A stretch of DNA of 64,000 bases from Gemmatimonadales bacterium (GTDB lineage Bacteria; Gemmatimonadota; Gemmatimonadetes; Gemmatimonadales; GWC2-71-9). Positions 48,831-58,827 of this stretch are shown piece by piece. Within the stretch, counting starts at the first letter, position 1. Each line of letters starts with the position of its first letter. The stretch spans positions 288,001 through 352,000 of the forward strand of contig JBBCJC010000002.1 in assembly GCA_037189525.1 (NCBI GenBank). The letters are read 5' to 3'. The position numbers were made by a program, and so were the translations under genes. The notes beneath the pieces are model-generated. The model was not told where the DNA came from. It saw only the letters and a list, made by a program, of their open reading frames with translations, and made no database searches.

Positions 48831-49865
48831 TCATCGGGCCTTGTGGCCTGGCCCGACCGTAGCTCGATGTTCGATCGACGATCGCTCCTTTCGAAGCGAG
48901 ATTCCGTAACGCTGTAGCTCCTTGAAGAAGGTCGTACGGCCCAAGCCGAGAGCTAGTGCCGTACGCTCAGCATTCCAACTATTTGCAGCACAAAAGTCAA
49001 GAAGGCGGCCCCGCATCGTAACAGGTAGTGGTGTTTGTCGAGGCGCAACGCCACTTGGCATGTGAATTACCGCTGTCCCAAGTCCGAGGGATTCGGCCAC
49101 GACCCGACCATCGAGAACTCTCTCATCGGCGAGAAAGACAGCCCGCTCGATCGTACTCCAGAGTTCGCGCACGTTCCCTGGCCACCGGTGCCCGAGCAAC
49201 ACAGGTTCTGCACTTGGCGCCAGCTCGGCACCAGCCGGCGTAGCGAAATAACGGGCCAACAATATGACATCGCCCCAACGCTGGTCGAGAGGCAGCAGCG
49301 TAAGTACCGCACCAACTACCCGCTGCATCAGATCATATCGGACCAACCCATCGGCGACCTTATTACCCACATTCTCCTGGACTGCTGCGATGACGCGGAA
49401 GCGGCTTTGCCGCTTGGTTGTCTCGCCGACTCTACGGAAATTCTTGTTGTCCAAGACTCGAAGAAGCTTGCCCTGCGATTCATAAGGCATACTGCAAAGC
49501 TCATCGAGAAACAGGGTACCATTGTTCGCATCCTCGATCAAGCCAGATACACTTTCGATTGCACCGCTGAACGCCCCTTTGCGATGACCATATAGGGTGC
49601 CCTCGACAAGTTCGCGCGGGATGGCCGCGCAGTTCACATCAACGAGAGCGCCAGGCCGCCCACTCCATTGATGGATTTCCCTTGCAAACAACTCTTTCCC
49701 TGTTCCTGTAGCGCCGATGAGCAGAATCGGCAGGTCGCTTTTGGCAAAGCGTCTCGCATTTGCGACAGCATGTCGTATTTCTGGGGACGTTCCGAGTATC
49801 GTCGTTTCGGCAACTTCCCCGGCAACCTCGCCCGAAATCTCTACATCGCGAGCAGCATGCCGCAA
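48831..49865 (-). CDS. Sigma54-interaction (AAA+) Fis-family regulator lacking an N-terminal sensor domain
   Basis: GATGTGKE, VNCAAIP, GAFSGA, GTLFLDE, WPGNVREL, C-terminal HTH. Confidence 0.9.
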   Translation of the reverse strand: MRHAARDVEISGEVAGEVAETTILGTSPEIRHAVANARRFAKSDLPILLIGATGTGKELFAREIHQWSGRPGALVDVNCAAIPRELVEGTLYGHRKGAFSGAIESVSGLIEDANNGTLFLDELCSMPYESQGKLLRVLDNKNFRRVGETTKRQSRFRVIAAVQENVGNKVADGLVRYDLMQRVVGAVLTLLPLDQRWGDVILLARYFATPAGAELAPSAEPVLLGHRWPGNVRELWSTIERAVFLADERVLDGRVVAESLGLGTAVIHMPSGVAPRQTPLPVTMRGRLLDFCAANSWNAERTALALGLGRTTFFKELQRYGISLRKERSSIEHRATVGPGHKAR

Positions 49866-50110
49866 CCTGGAACGTTTTCTTGACGACCGTTCCAGACATG
49901 GCGCTCATCACTTTTTGACTAACTCGGGAGGTTGCGGTTCGGTGATCGTTTCCACATCGTCGTCCCTTCTGATGATGGTCGGCGCCAGAAAAAAATACGA
50001 ACGTTGTCTCGATCGACCGACTGTGTATGCCACCGAGCTACGCCCCTCTCGTTGGTAGGAAATGGGGAAACACCTAGTGGTCGGTCAGGACGACTTGGGC
50101 CGCGACGGCA

Positions 50111-50147
50111 TCCTACGTTATGATTCCGTCTGGATCATAGCGTAGGA
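50111..50147. repeat. 14-bp inverted repeat between the two regulator genes
   Basis: TCCTACGTTATGAT / ATCATAGCGTAGGA, 13/14 complementary. Confidence 0.6.
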
Positions 50148-50517
50148 CGCTGTACAACATATCGACGGACCTGAGCCCACCTCCACTTCGACCAGTATTT
50201 GTGTTACCTAGTCTAGGTGGTATTCAATCCGTAGACTTTGTCTGGATCGCATCCTCGATGGCTTTCCCCCGCGACGAGTCGTCTTCCCACTCTCCGCGAG
50301 ACCTTCTAGTAGGCGAGATACTCCTGCCGGAAAATGTCGTGCAGGCAAGACGTACATAACGCGTAAGACATGGGTTTTACTCGAGGGAACCCCAAAGACT
50401 GGAGTGCGGGTGGCGGGCCAGTGACGAAAGCACCAAACGCCATTGTACGACAACGGGTTAGCTCGCGGGGTGCGAGACTTAAAGTTGTAAATGGTTTCAC
50501 TTATGCTAGAGCAGTCG

Positions 50518-51467
50518 CTATCGATCTTTACGGACGTCCGTGGGCGCTTCGGCGAGGAGCTTGTAAAGCGACGGTCGCGAGATACCCATCAGGCGCCCAG
50601 CCTTGGCTTTGTTGCCATCTGTGGAGCGCATCATCTCTTGGGCTTCCTGGTGCTTGGTTTGACGCGCCTTCGCTTGTACTCAAATCGGCTTGGGAATATC
50701 GGATACTTGGATGGGACGTGGACTCCGCAGTCTGCTAGCGATGTACTGACAAACTGACCGGAGTTGTCTCATGTTTCCGGGCCACGGCGCTGTGCCAAGG
50801 ATCGCAGCAGCAGCAGCAGCAGACAGTACCGGCACAAAGTCGCGCCCCAGCTCGACGAATGCCTCCTGCAAGTACGCTGTCGCGAGTGGGTACTATTTCC
50901 CGATGGCGGTCACGCAGCGACGGCAGGGAACTGTAAGGCACTCCGCACGATAGAACAGTTCTTCGAAAAACAGGCCTTCTGGGAACGGGCTGCCAGATCC
51001 ACCGAGGTCGCGCAGATGATTCGGACATCAACTTTGCGCGGATGGCTATCGCCGATTCGTCGAATGAAGCCGGTCTCGAGAATGCCAAGGAGAGTTTGTT
51101 GAAAGCGATGTGATGCGTGTCCCAGCTCATCGAGGAGCAACGTCCCGGTATGTGCCTGTTCGACTAGGCCAACACGATCGTGATGGGCGCCTGTATATGC
51201 CCCTTTCGTTGAGCCGAGCAACTCTGCTTGCCGAAGTTCATCCGGAATGGACGTGACCGAAAGTTCCACAAAAGGGCTCGCCACGCGGGGTGATATCCGG
51301 TGTATATACCTCGCAAGCGTACTCTTCCCGGTACCCGTCGGACCAAGAATGAGTATTGGATAGGGTGTTTCCGCCAGATCCCTCACAAGGTGGTCAACCG
51401 TTGGGTGGGGTACAAGCTTCGCCTGTGTGCTCATGATACCAGCTTCCACGTCTTGATATGGGTACAC
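50518..51467 (-). pseudogene. Frameshifted second sigma54-type AAA+ regulator
   Basis: GPTGTGKS, GAYTGA and LLLDE in one frame; LPSLRDR, WPGNMRQL and the Fis HTH GNKAKAGRLMGISRPSLYKLL (stop 50518) in other frames. Confidence 0.8.
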
Positions 51468-51796
51468 ACCAACCGGGATGGCTTGTCACAATATCAACAT
51501 CGCGACGCACCTAGCGGGTGTGATGGGAGTCACATCCAACGTACATCCCTAGCGCCTTCCTGTGATGGGGTGCAAGAATTTACACAAAACGGCCGGCAAC
51601 GTTTGGGAAACGCGTGTCGAGCAACAATTGCACTCTATGCCTCGCTGGTACGTAGCTCTTTCGCCTCCCCCCGCATCCGCCGGATGGAATTGACCTGACT
51701 CCTTCTTGTAGGACAAAGGATCGCAGTAGTGTTGGTGCTGTTGTGGCCCTTCCTAAGCAATGATCGGCGATAGGTGAATCAATGTAGCCGTGTCGA

Positions 51797-51942
51797 GTCA
51801 GGAACGGTGTAAGACCAAGAAAACTGTCGATAGGTACGCAAGGATCGTGTCCACACGGTAGCTACGTATTACTGGCCACGGCATCACACGCGGTCATTCT
51901 CGCGACGCACGGATGTATCGATCCCTTTCAGCGTGCCCCTGC
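51797..51942 (-). pseudogene. Remnants of the vapC 3' end (51797-51883) and vapB 3' end (51884-51942)
   Basis: Align by eye to 30227-30322 and 30602-30660; GTLKGIDTSVRRENDRV versus GALKGIDTAVRREKDRV. Confidence 0.8.
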
Positions 51943-51943
51943 A

Positions 51944-52400
51944 AGCAGCAACTCGACGACGGCGCCCAAACGGCACCCTGCGCCCGATCCGCGCCGAATA
52001 CTTTTTGATCAACATGGTGTCGATAATCATCTTCCCGTTCCTGATCCGCCCCATGCCCGACGTGATCTTCGGCATCGGCGGCGATCGGTTCGACGCCTAC
52101 CTCACCGAGCGGCAACAGAGCCTGCCCGGATTCATCCGAAGCGCATTCCGACCATGATGTTCCTTTATCACACTCGCGCTGCTGAGCGCAGCTATTACCG
52201 CTCCGGCGCAGGACACGCTCCGACTGGAGGCGCTCCACGCCGCCACGCGGGATCGCGACCCGCGGGCGCGCCAGCTGCGGGCGGCGCTGGTGCGCGGTGC
52301 CGATCTCAGCGGTATCGCGGCACCGCTCGGCGCACTGGCGCTACTCGGCCTGCTGGTGTTAACGATCGCGGTCCGCCAGTATTCCAAGACGCACGGTTAG
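51944..52400 (+). pseudogene. Fused remnants: tetR 3' end, tolC 5' end, ABC permease 3' end
   Basis: NGTLRPIRAEYFLINMVS..LPGFIRSA matches tetR; QDTLRLEALHAA..RARQL matches tolC and is joined to LVRGADLSGIA..RQYSKTHG matching 38154-38276. Confidence 0.88.
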
Positions 52401-52419
52401 CGGCCTCCGAGGAGACTCC

Positions 52420-54096
52420 ATGATTCGCGTCCTGCTGGCTTTCTGTATTGCAGCGCCCCTCACGGCACAATCGGATCTCCGCTCGTTCCTTGAGACCTAC
52501 CAACAGGACCGTGGCGCGCTGCTCCGCCGCTGGGACGCGGAGTACTCTCCCGCGCGTCGAGCACGCCTGGTCCGTTTCTACCAGGAGACCCAGCAGGCCC
52601 TTCGCGCCACCGATTTCAACGCTTTGGACCGAGAAGGGAAGGCGGACTACGTCCTCCTCGACCACCGTCTGATCTACGAACGGGCCCTGCTGGACCTGGA
52701 AGCGCGACGCGCCCGCGACATGGCGCAGCTGGTCCCCTTTGCGCCCGCCGTCTTTCAGCTGCACGAGGCCCGGCGCGACCTGATCCCCGTCGATGGACGA
52801 ATCGCCGCGGATTCACTGGTGGCCATTGCCCGCCAGGCCGATGTGGCCCGGGCCGGACTCACCCGGCTCGACTCGCTGAACCGTCCCTCGCGCGTCACGG
52901 GCCTCCGGACCATCGAGGCCATCGACGGCTTCCGCACCCTGCTCCGCAACTGGTTCCGATTCTCCGAAGGCTACGACCCGATTTTCACCTGGTGGACCCA
53001 GGAACCCTACGGACGCGCCGACAGCGCGCTCGCCCGCTACCAGCGGGCCCTGCGCATCGAACTGGTTGGCCAGGCCCCTGGTGCGCCCGAACCGATCGTG
53101 GGCGACCCCATCGGCGTCGAAGGGATGCGTGCGGACCTGGCGCACGAGATGATTCCCTATTCGCCCGAGGAGCTGATCGCGATTGGTGAGCGGGAGTACG
53201 CCGTAGCCCTGAAGGAAATAATTCGCGCATCACGTGAACTCGGCTTCGGCGACGACTGGCGCCGCGCCGTGGAGCGCGTCAAAACGCTGCACCTTCCGCC
53301 AGGTGGGCAGACGGCACTGAGCACCGAACTGGCGCGCGAAGCAGAGACCTGGGTGCTGGAACGCGATCTTGTCACCATTCCGCCGCTGGCGCGGGAAATC
53401 TGGCGGATGGAGATGCTCTCCCCCGAGCGGCAGCGGGTCGCCCCGTTCTACCTGGGCGGTGAGACGATCCTCGTGGCATTCCCGACCGACGGAATGACCC
53501 ACGAAGAGAAGTTGATGTCGATGCGCGGCAACAACCCGCATTTCACCCGCGCGGTGGTCCATCACGAATTGATCCCCGGACACCATCTCCAGGGGTTCAT
53601 GACGGCGCGCCACTTCCCCTATCGCAGCATGTTCAACACCCCGTTCTGGGGCGAGGGATGGGCACTCTATTGGGAGTTCCGCCTCTACGACCTGGGCTTC
53701 CCGCGATCGGCCGAGGATCGGGTCGGGATGCTGTTCTGGCGGATGCATCGCGCCGCGCGGATCATCTTTTCGCTCAAGTTCCATCTCAACCAGATGACGC
53801 CCGAGCAGGCCATCGACTTCCTGGTCGATCAGGTGGGCCATGAACGTGCCAACGCCGAAGCGGAGGTGCGCCGCTCGTTCAACGGAACCTATCCGCCGCT
53901 CTACCAAGCCGGCTATATGCTGGGAGGCCTCCAGCTGCGCACACTGCACCAGGAATTGGTCGGGTCCGGCAAGATGACAGAACGGGCCTTCCATGATGCA
54001 GTGCTGACGGGCGGGCGAATGCCGATTGCGATGGTGCGCGCCCGGCTTGCGGGGCAGTCGTTCGATCGCTCGGGTCCCGCGCCCTGGCGGTTCTGA
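52420..54096 (+). CDS. DUF885-family secreted metallopeptidase-like protein
   Basis: HHELIPGHHLQ, EGWALYWE, YQAGYMLG; signal peptide. Confidence 0.88.
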   Translation: MIRVLLAFCIAAPLTAQSDLRSFLETYQQDRGALLRRWDAEYSPARRARLVRFYQETQQALRATDFNALDREGKADYVLLDHRLIYERALLDLEARRARDMAQLVPFAPAVFQLHEARRDLIPVDGRIAADSLVAIARQADVARAGLTRLDSLNRPSRVTGLRTIEAIDGFRTLLRNWFRFSEGYDPIFTWWTQEPYGRADSALARYQRALRIELVGQAPGAPEPIVGDPIGVEGMRADLAHEMIPYSPEELIAIGEREYAVALKEIIRASRELGFGDDWRRAVERVKTLHLPPGGQTALSTELAREAETWVLERDLVTIPPLAREIWRMEMLSPERQRVAPFYLGGETILVAFPTDGMTHEEKLMSMRGNNPHFTRAVVHHELIPGHHLQGFMTARHFPYRSMFNTPFWGEGWALYWEFRLYDLGFPRSAEDRVGMLFWRMHRAARIIFSLKFHLNQMTPEQAIDFLVDQVGHERANAEAEVRRSFNGTYPPLYQAGYMLGGLQLRTLHQELVGSGKMTERAFHDAVLTGGRMPIAMVRARLAGQSFDRSGPAPWRF

Positions 54097-54116
54097 CCCG
54101 GGAGTTTGGTCGTAAC

Positions 54117-54162
54117 AAAAAACTGACGGTCCGGTCGGCAAGCCGAGACCGGACCGTCAGTT
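54117..54162 (-). terminator. Rho-independent terminator between convergent genes
   Basis: 16-bp perfect arms AACTGACGGTCCGGTC / GACCGGACCGTCAGTT, with an A-run on the left. Confidence 0.85.
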
Positions 54163-54180
54163 GTCGCGCAAAACCCGGCG

Positions 54181-55074
54181 CTACTGCGGGCGATCGAGCC
54201 AGTCGCGCTGGATGTCGCGGGCCCGGGCTCGCGGATGTCGTTTGAGATAGTCCCGAACGTAGCCCCGTTCGACACCATGGCGCCGGAGGTCCATCATGCC
54301 GGGCACATCGGCGGCATCGAGACCCAGTGTCACCATGTCGTCGATCCACGAGAAATCGATACTTCCTGCGACAGCCCCACCAACCGACGCTCCTATCCGG
54401 GCCCCTTCGAGGCCCAGACGCGTCACATCACCGATGAACTGCGGGTTCACCACGCTCAGCGACTGTGAGATGATCCCGCCGATGTCGATCGCGTCGAGCA
54501 CGCGCATGGCGGTCGTGACGCCGACCTGCGCACCATGCGTCGCCTGCTCGACGATTGCCGCCACATCCGGGATATCGCCCTCGGCGACATCGAGATCATA
54601 TCCGGCGTAGCGCCGCCCTTCGCCGCGAGTCTTGCTGCCGACGGCCAGCGACAGCAGCTCGACCGGCGAAGGCTTCGGCCGACCGGCCCGGGTGGCGCGC
54701 TCGACATACGCCGGATCGGCGGCGAACCCGAAGCGACCATCGCCCCAGCCCGCTTCGATCTCACCTTCGAAGGTGATCGTCCCGCTTTCGCGGGTCAGCT
54801 CGAACCGGAGCGGTCGGCCGGTAAAGCCGGTACTGGTAGCCGGGAGTCCACTCAACCCGGCTACCGGTACCGACAGGGACCAGCGGGATGCGTTCCGCCC
54901 GGCTCCCTCAACCAACCGAAGATCGAGACACAATACCCGGCGCGCGACGGCAGGATCGCAGTGCGCCCTGACCAACTCTCCCGTCCAGCGACCGTCGAGA
55001 TCGGCGACCCGGTCGGAACCGACCGGAACCATCGCCAGGGTCGCACTAGCTAAGACAAAGCCCAACTTCAACAT
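54181..55074 (-). CDS. Hypothetical secreted protein
   Basis: Signal peptide after a GGAGG RBS; FELTRESGTITFEG..G.GRF.F segment and degenerate helical repeats. Confidence 0.65.
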   Translation of the reverse strand: MLKLGFVLASATLAMVPVGSDRVADLDGRWTGELVRAHCDPAVARRVLCLDLRLVEGAGRNASRWSLSVPVAGLSGLPATSTGFTGRPLRFELTRESGTITFEGEIEAGWGDGRFGFAADPAYVERATRAGRPKPSPVELLSLAVGSKTRGEGRRYAGYDLDVAEGDIPDVAAIVEQATHGAQVGVTTAMRVLDAIDIGGIISQSLSVVNPQFIGDVTRLGLEGARIGASVGGAVAGSIDFSWIDDMVTLGLDAADVPGMMDLRRHGVERGYVRDYLKRHPRARARDIQRDWLDRPQ

Positions 55075-55235
55075 GGAAACCTCCCAACCGGGGGAGCTGG
55101 CTGCGATCGAACCTGGATTGTGAACCCGATACTCAATGAGACACGCCGGCACCCAAAAGTGTTGCACTCACGATCAGACTGCCAGGCCGGTCCATCCACA
55201 ACGAAGCCGGGCACAGATTGTTTCAGGTGGAAACC

Positions 55236-56150
55236 TCAGCCAACCGGTCGCCCTTCCTCCCGATCGGCGGTGACCAGGAGACCGTGCAACAACTCCTCAT
55301 ACCGATTGGCCAGAAACGAGTGGCAGCCCTCCTGAGCTGACACCCGCGCCTCGGATCGTTCGAGCGCCCGGGAAAGCCAAAGCCCCGCGGCCCCGCCCGC
55401 CGTCTCCGCCGGCCCGAACCAGAGATTCATGACCATGGGAACCTGGCGGGGCAGGAAGCCCCAGTCGCCATACACGGCGCGGAGATCCTCGATTGCCCCT
55501 TCCGGCCCACGCCGGAACGCTTCGCGCACCACGCTCCGGTAGTGTTCCCGCCAATCGGGATCGCGGACGACGGACCGATCCGGCTCGTCCACCACTCCCA
55601 ACAGCCGATCGATGGTGCGATCGGGGTCGGCGACAATCGCCGATGAGACCGCGCGAACCCATCGGGCCACCCACCACGGGAAGTAGCGGGCCGACAGGCG
55701 ACGGAGCTGCTCCCCGATCCCGCCTCCCGTGACGATCGCCCGATCCGGCGAGGCAATACCCGACACGATCCCGACCGCGCGAAGGCGGTGCGCCGCCCGG
55801 AGCGCCGAGGCCATCACGAACGGTGAGGCGCCGCCCCAACCGATCAGCGAGAACCGAGACAGCCCGACCGCTTCGGCAAACCCGATCAGATCGACCGGCC
55901 AGTCCAGTACGGTGCGCCCGGGTTTGGGATCGGACAGGCCAATCCCCGGCCGGTCCGGAGCTAGCAGGCGCACTCCCATACGGCGCGCGGCCCGGTCGAT
56001 GGCGGGCGTCGCAATCTCGAGGCGGCACCCCAGGACCCCATGGACATGCACCACCGGGATGCCCTCCGGATCGCCCGCCTCGGCGTAGCTCACGAGTCGA
56101 CCGTCACCCAGGGTGACCCGGTGCTCGACCACCGTCGCCGAAGTCGTCAT
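55236..56150 (-). CDS. Alpha/beta-fold hydrolase (nucleophile motif degenerate)
   Basis: DGRLVSYAEAGDPEG.PV..HG, APDRPGIGLS, DWGF; GWGGA in place of GxSxG. Confidence 0.8.
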   Translation of the reverse strand: MTTSATVVEHRVTLGDGRLVSYAEAGDPEGIPVVHVHGVLGCRLEIATPAIDRAARRMGVRLLAPDRPGIGLSDPKPGRTVLDWPVDLIGFAEAVGLSRFSLIGWGGASPFVMASALRAAHRLRAVGIVSGIASPDRAIVTGGGIGEQLRRLSARYFPWWVARWVRAVSSAIVADPDRTIDRLLGVVDEPDRSVVRDPDWREHYRSVVREAFRRGPEGAIEDLRAVYGDWGFLPRQVPMVMNLWFGPAETAGGAAGLWLSRALERSEARVSAQEGCHSFLANRYEELLHGLLVTADREEGRPVG

Positions 56151-56251
56151 CGTGCCGTCATCATCTTGCCACCTTCGGGAAACCAGCCTGCCATTCGACT
56201 ATCCTAACCTAGCTGCAATCCCCAGCCTCGAGGACGAACCATGCCCACCTC

Positions 56252-56638
56252 ATGTCCCGGTCCAGAAACACGCTCGCCACCGAGATGAACGTCCTGCCAT
56301 TGATCGATGTGCTGCTGGTGCTCGTGGTCGCCTTCTTCATGGTGCAGCAGGTCCGCATGGTCACGGAGATTCAGCTGCCCGCCGCGAGCCAGGCACAGGG
56401 CAATCCCTATCAGATCGTCCTGGCCATCGCCGCCGACGGGACGTTCACCCTGAACGGGCACGCCGTCCCGGACGCCGACCTGGAGCGCACCCTCACGGCA
56501 ATTTACCGCGATCGGCCGTCCAAGGTTCTGTTCATCAAAGCCGCCGGGGAGCGATCGTACCAGGACGTGGTCCGGGTCATCGACCGGGCCAAAGGCGCCG
56601 GCGTCCAGATCGTGGCCATCGTCCCGCGAGGCCGCTGA
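56252..56638 (+). CDS. exbD: ExbD/TolR biopolymer transport protein
   Basis: EMNVLPLIDVLLVLVVAFF..LP..YQDVVRVID.AK.AG. Confidence 0.88.
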   Translation: MSRSRNTLATEMNVLPLIDVLLVLVVAFFMVQQVRMVTEIQLPAASQAQGNPYQIVLAIAADGTFTLNGHAVPDADLERTLTAIYRDRPSKVLFIKAAGERSYQDVVRVIDRAKGAGVQIVAIVPRGR

Positions 56639-56711
56639 CCCGCACCTCGCGCCAACGGGGCGACGTCCATTACGATTTGACTGTCCTTCGCTCTCCGCAA
56701 GTGAGGTTCCG

Positions 56712-57905
56712 ATGAAGTTTTTCCGCGTCGCGGCCCTGGCATTGCTGCTGCCCCTCGCCCTGGCCGGCCAGACCAAACCGCGCGCCCGTCAGCTGGGCAT
56801 CCCGCTCGACGGGCGCCCCGGCCCCCTCAACGCCATTACCGACGTCGCCGGGATCGAGGTCGGGATGACGACGCTGATCTCGGGCAACGGCCCACTGGTC
56901 CGCGGCAAAGGACCGATCCGCACCGGCGTCACGGCCATCCTGCCCCGCGGCAAGCAGGGCAGCCAACCGGTCTACGGTGCCTGGTTCACCCTGAACGGCA
57001 ACGGCGAGATGACCGGGACGACCTGGCTCGAGGAGTCGGGCTTGCTGAGCGGACCGGTCATGATCACCAACACCCACAGCGTCGGCGCGGTGCACGAAGG
57101 GACGATCGACTGGTCCGTCAATCGCGACCGGCCCTACGCCTGGCTCCTGCCGGTCGTCGCCGAGACGTACGACGGCGGCCTCAACGACATCAACGGCTTC
57201 CATGTCACCAAGGCGCACGCGATAGCCGCGCTCGATGCCGCCAAGCCGGGCCCGGTGGCCGAAGGTAACGTGGGCGGCGGGACCGGCATGACCTGTCACC
57301 AGTTCAAGGCCGGCACCGGCACGTCATCGCGCCGGATCAGCGTGCTCGACCAGGAGTACACCGTCGGCGTGCTGGTGCAGTGCAATTACGGGGGACGGGC
57401 GCGGTTCAGCGTCGCCGGGGCGCCGGTGGGTCAGGAGATCACCGACCTGCTGCCCTGCTACACCATTGCGGCGCCGGCCGGCACGCGCACCCGCCCGATG
57501 TGCGACGCCGGCGGCGGCGAAGACCAGGGCGACACCGGCTCGATCATCGTCGTGGTGGCCACCGACGTGCCACTCCTGCCGCACCAGCTCAAGCGGGTGA
57601 TCAAGCGCGCCTCGCTGGGCATCGGCCGGATGGGCGGCATCGGCGGCGACTCCTCGGGCGACATCTTCGTCGCCTTCTCGACTGCGAATGCCGGCGCTGG
57701 CGCCTCCGATCGCCTCGTGACCGTGCAGACCATCCCGAACGACGCGATCAACCCGGTCTTCGAAGCCACCATCGACGCGACGGCCGAAGCGATCCTGAAC
57801 GCGATGCTGGCGGCCGAGACGATGACGGGCGCGAACGGTTACCGGGTCCATGCCCTGCCGCACGATCGGCTGGTTGCTGCGCTCAAGAAGTACGGACGGA
57901 TGTAG
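56712..57905 (+). CDS. dmpA: P1/S58 family DmpA-like aminopeptidase
   Basis: NAITDVAG, RTGVTAILP, NGNGEMTG, EGNVGGGTGM, GSIIVVVATD autocleavage site. Confidence 0.92.
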   Translation: MKFFRVAALALLLPLALAGQTKPRARQLGIPLDGRPGPLNAITDVAGIEVGMTTLISGNGPLVRGKGPIRTGVTAILPRGKQGSQPVYGAWFTLNGNGEMTGTTWLEESGLLSGPVMITNTHSVGAVHEGTIDWSVNRDRPYAWLLPVVAETYDGGLNDINGFHVTKAHAIAALDAAKPGPVAEGNVGGGTGMTCHQFKAGTGTSSRRISVLDQEYTVGVLVQCNYGGRARFSVAGAPVGQEITDLLPCYTIAAPAGTRTRPMCDAGGGEDQGDTGSIIVVVATDVPLLPHQLKRVIKRASLGIGRMGGIGGDSSGDIFVAFSTANAGAGASDRLVTVQTIPNDAINPVFEATIDATAEAILNAMLAAETMTGANGYRVHALPHDRLVAALKKYGRM

Positions 57906-57917
57906 CGCGACGCCGAT

Positions 57918-58826
57918 TCAGACGCTCCGGCCCAATCCGGCCGGAGCGCGCGCCCGCCCGACGACGCCGGTCAGCGCTACCAGCGCCAGAAGATACGGCA
58001 ACATCAGGAAGACCTGATACGGTACGGCAAGGCCCATGGCCTGAAAGGCGAACTGCAGCGCGGTCGCCGCGCCGAAGCACCCGGCCGCCACGAGCGCACC
58101 AAGCGGATGCCATCGGCCGAGTACCACGATAGCAATCGCGATGAAGCCGCGCCCGGCGGTCATCCGCTCCGTGAAGGCTCCGACCTGTGCCAGCACCAGC
58201 GTGGCCCCACCGATCCCTGCGAATACGCCGCCGATGATGACGGCCGCCGTTTGTCGCCAGCGGACCGCCACGCCGGCCGCGCGCGCCGCCGAGGCGAGCT
58301 CGCCGACCGCGCGGAGCCGGAGCCCCGAGGTGGTACGGAAGAGGTACCAGGCCATTCCGAGCGCAGCTAGCATGGCCAGATAGGTGAGCCACGGTTGCCG
58401 GAACAGCGCAGGCCCGAGCCCGGGAATGGCTTCGAGGCCGGGAACATTCGCCGGGGAAAAGGTGGGCACCGACAGCCCGCCCGTCGTGCCATGCGCCGCC
58501 TGACGGTACCACATCCCGGTCAGCCCGATCGACGCCAGCGTCACCGCCGTACCCGCAATGATCTGATCGGTCCGCGCCCAGATCGCAATCGCGGCAAAGG
58601 CAGCGGCCACCGCGCCACCAGCCAGCATCGCAGCGGCCACACCCGCCCAGGGATCACCGGTCGACGAGGCCACGAGCGCTGCGGCCAGACAGCCGGCGAG
58701 CATCGCACCCTCAACGGACAGGTTGATCACCCCGGCGCGCTCCGCCAGCACTTCGCCCAGCGCCGCCCAGGTGAGCGGTGTCGCGATCCGAATGGCCGCC
58801 GCCACGAAACCGATGATCGGATCCAT
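57918..58826 (-). CDS. Nucleoside/simple-sugar ABC permease
   Basis: ALGEVLAERAGVINL..EG; GLRLRAVGE; AGRGFIAIA; LPYLL. Confidence 0.9.
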   Translation of the reverse strand: MDPIIGFVAAAIRIATPLTWAALGEVLAERAGVINLSVEGAMLAGCLAAALVASSTGDPWAGVAAAMLAGGAVAAAFAAIAIWARTDQIIAGTAVTLASIGLTGMWYRQAAHGTTGGLSVPTFSPANVPGLEAIPGLGPALFRQPWLTYLAMLAALGMAWYLFRTTSGLRLRAVGELASAARAAGVAVRWRQTAAVIIGGVFAGIGGATLVLAQVGAFTERMTAGRGFIAIAIVVLGRWHPLGALVAAGCFGAATALQFAFQAMGLAVPYQVFLMLPYLLALVALTGVVGRARAPAGLGRSV

Positions 58827-58827
58827 C

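Larger units (their letters stand above)
38593..51796. mobile_element. Lower-GC genomic island carrying a lasso-peptide cluster (no integrase seen)
   Basis: Abrupt shift to A/T-ending codons relative to the flanks; bounded on both sides by gene remnants. Confidence 0.75.

Noticed and set aside
50804..50821. (GCA)n microsatellite as a phase-variation tract
   Set aside because: A triplet repeat encoding poly-Ala cannot shift frame, so it does not explain the pseudogene.
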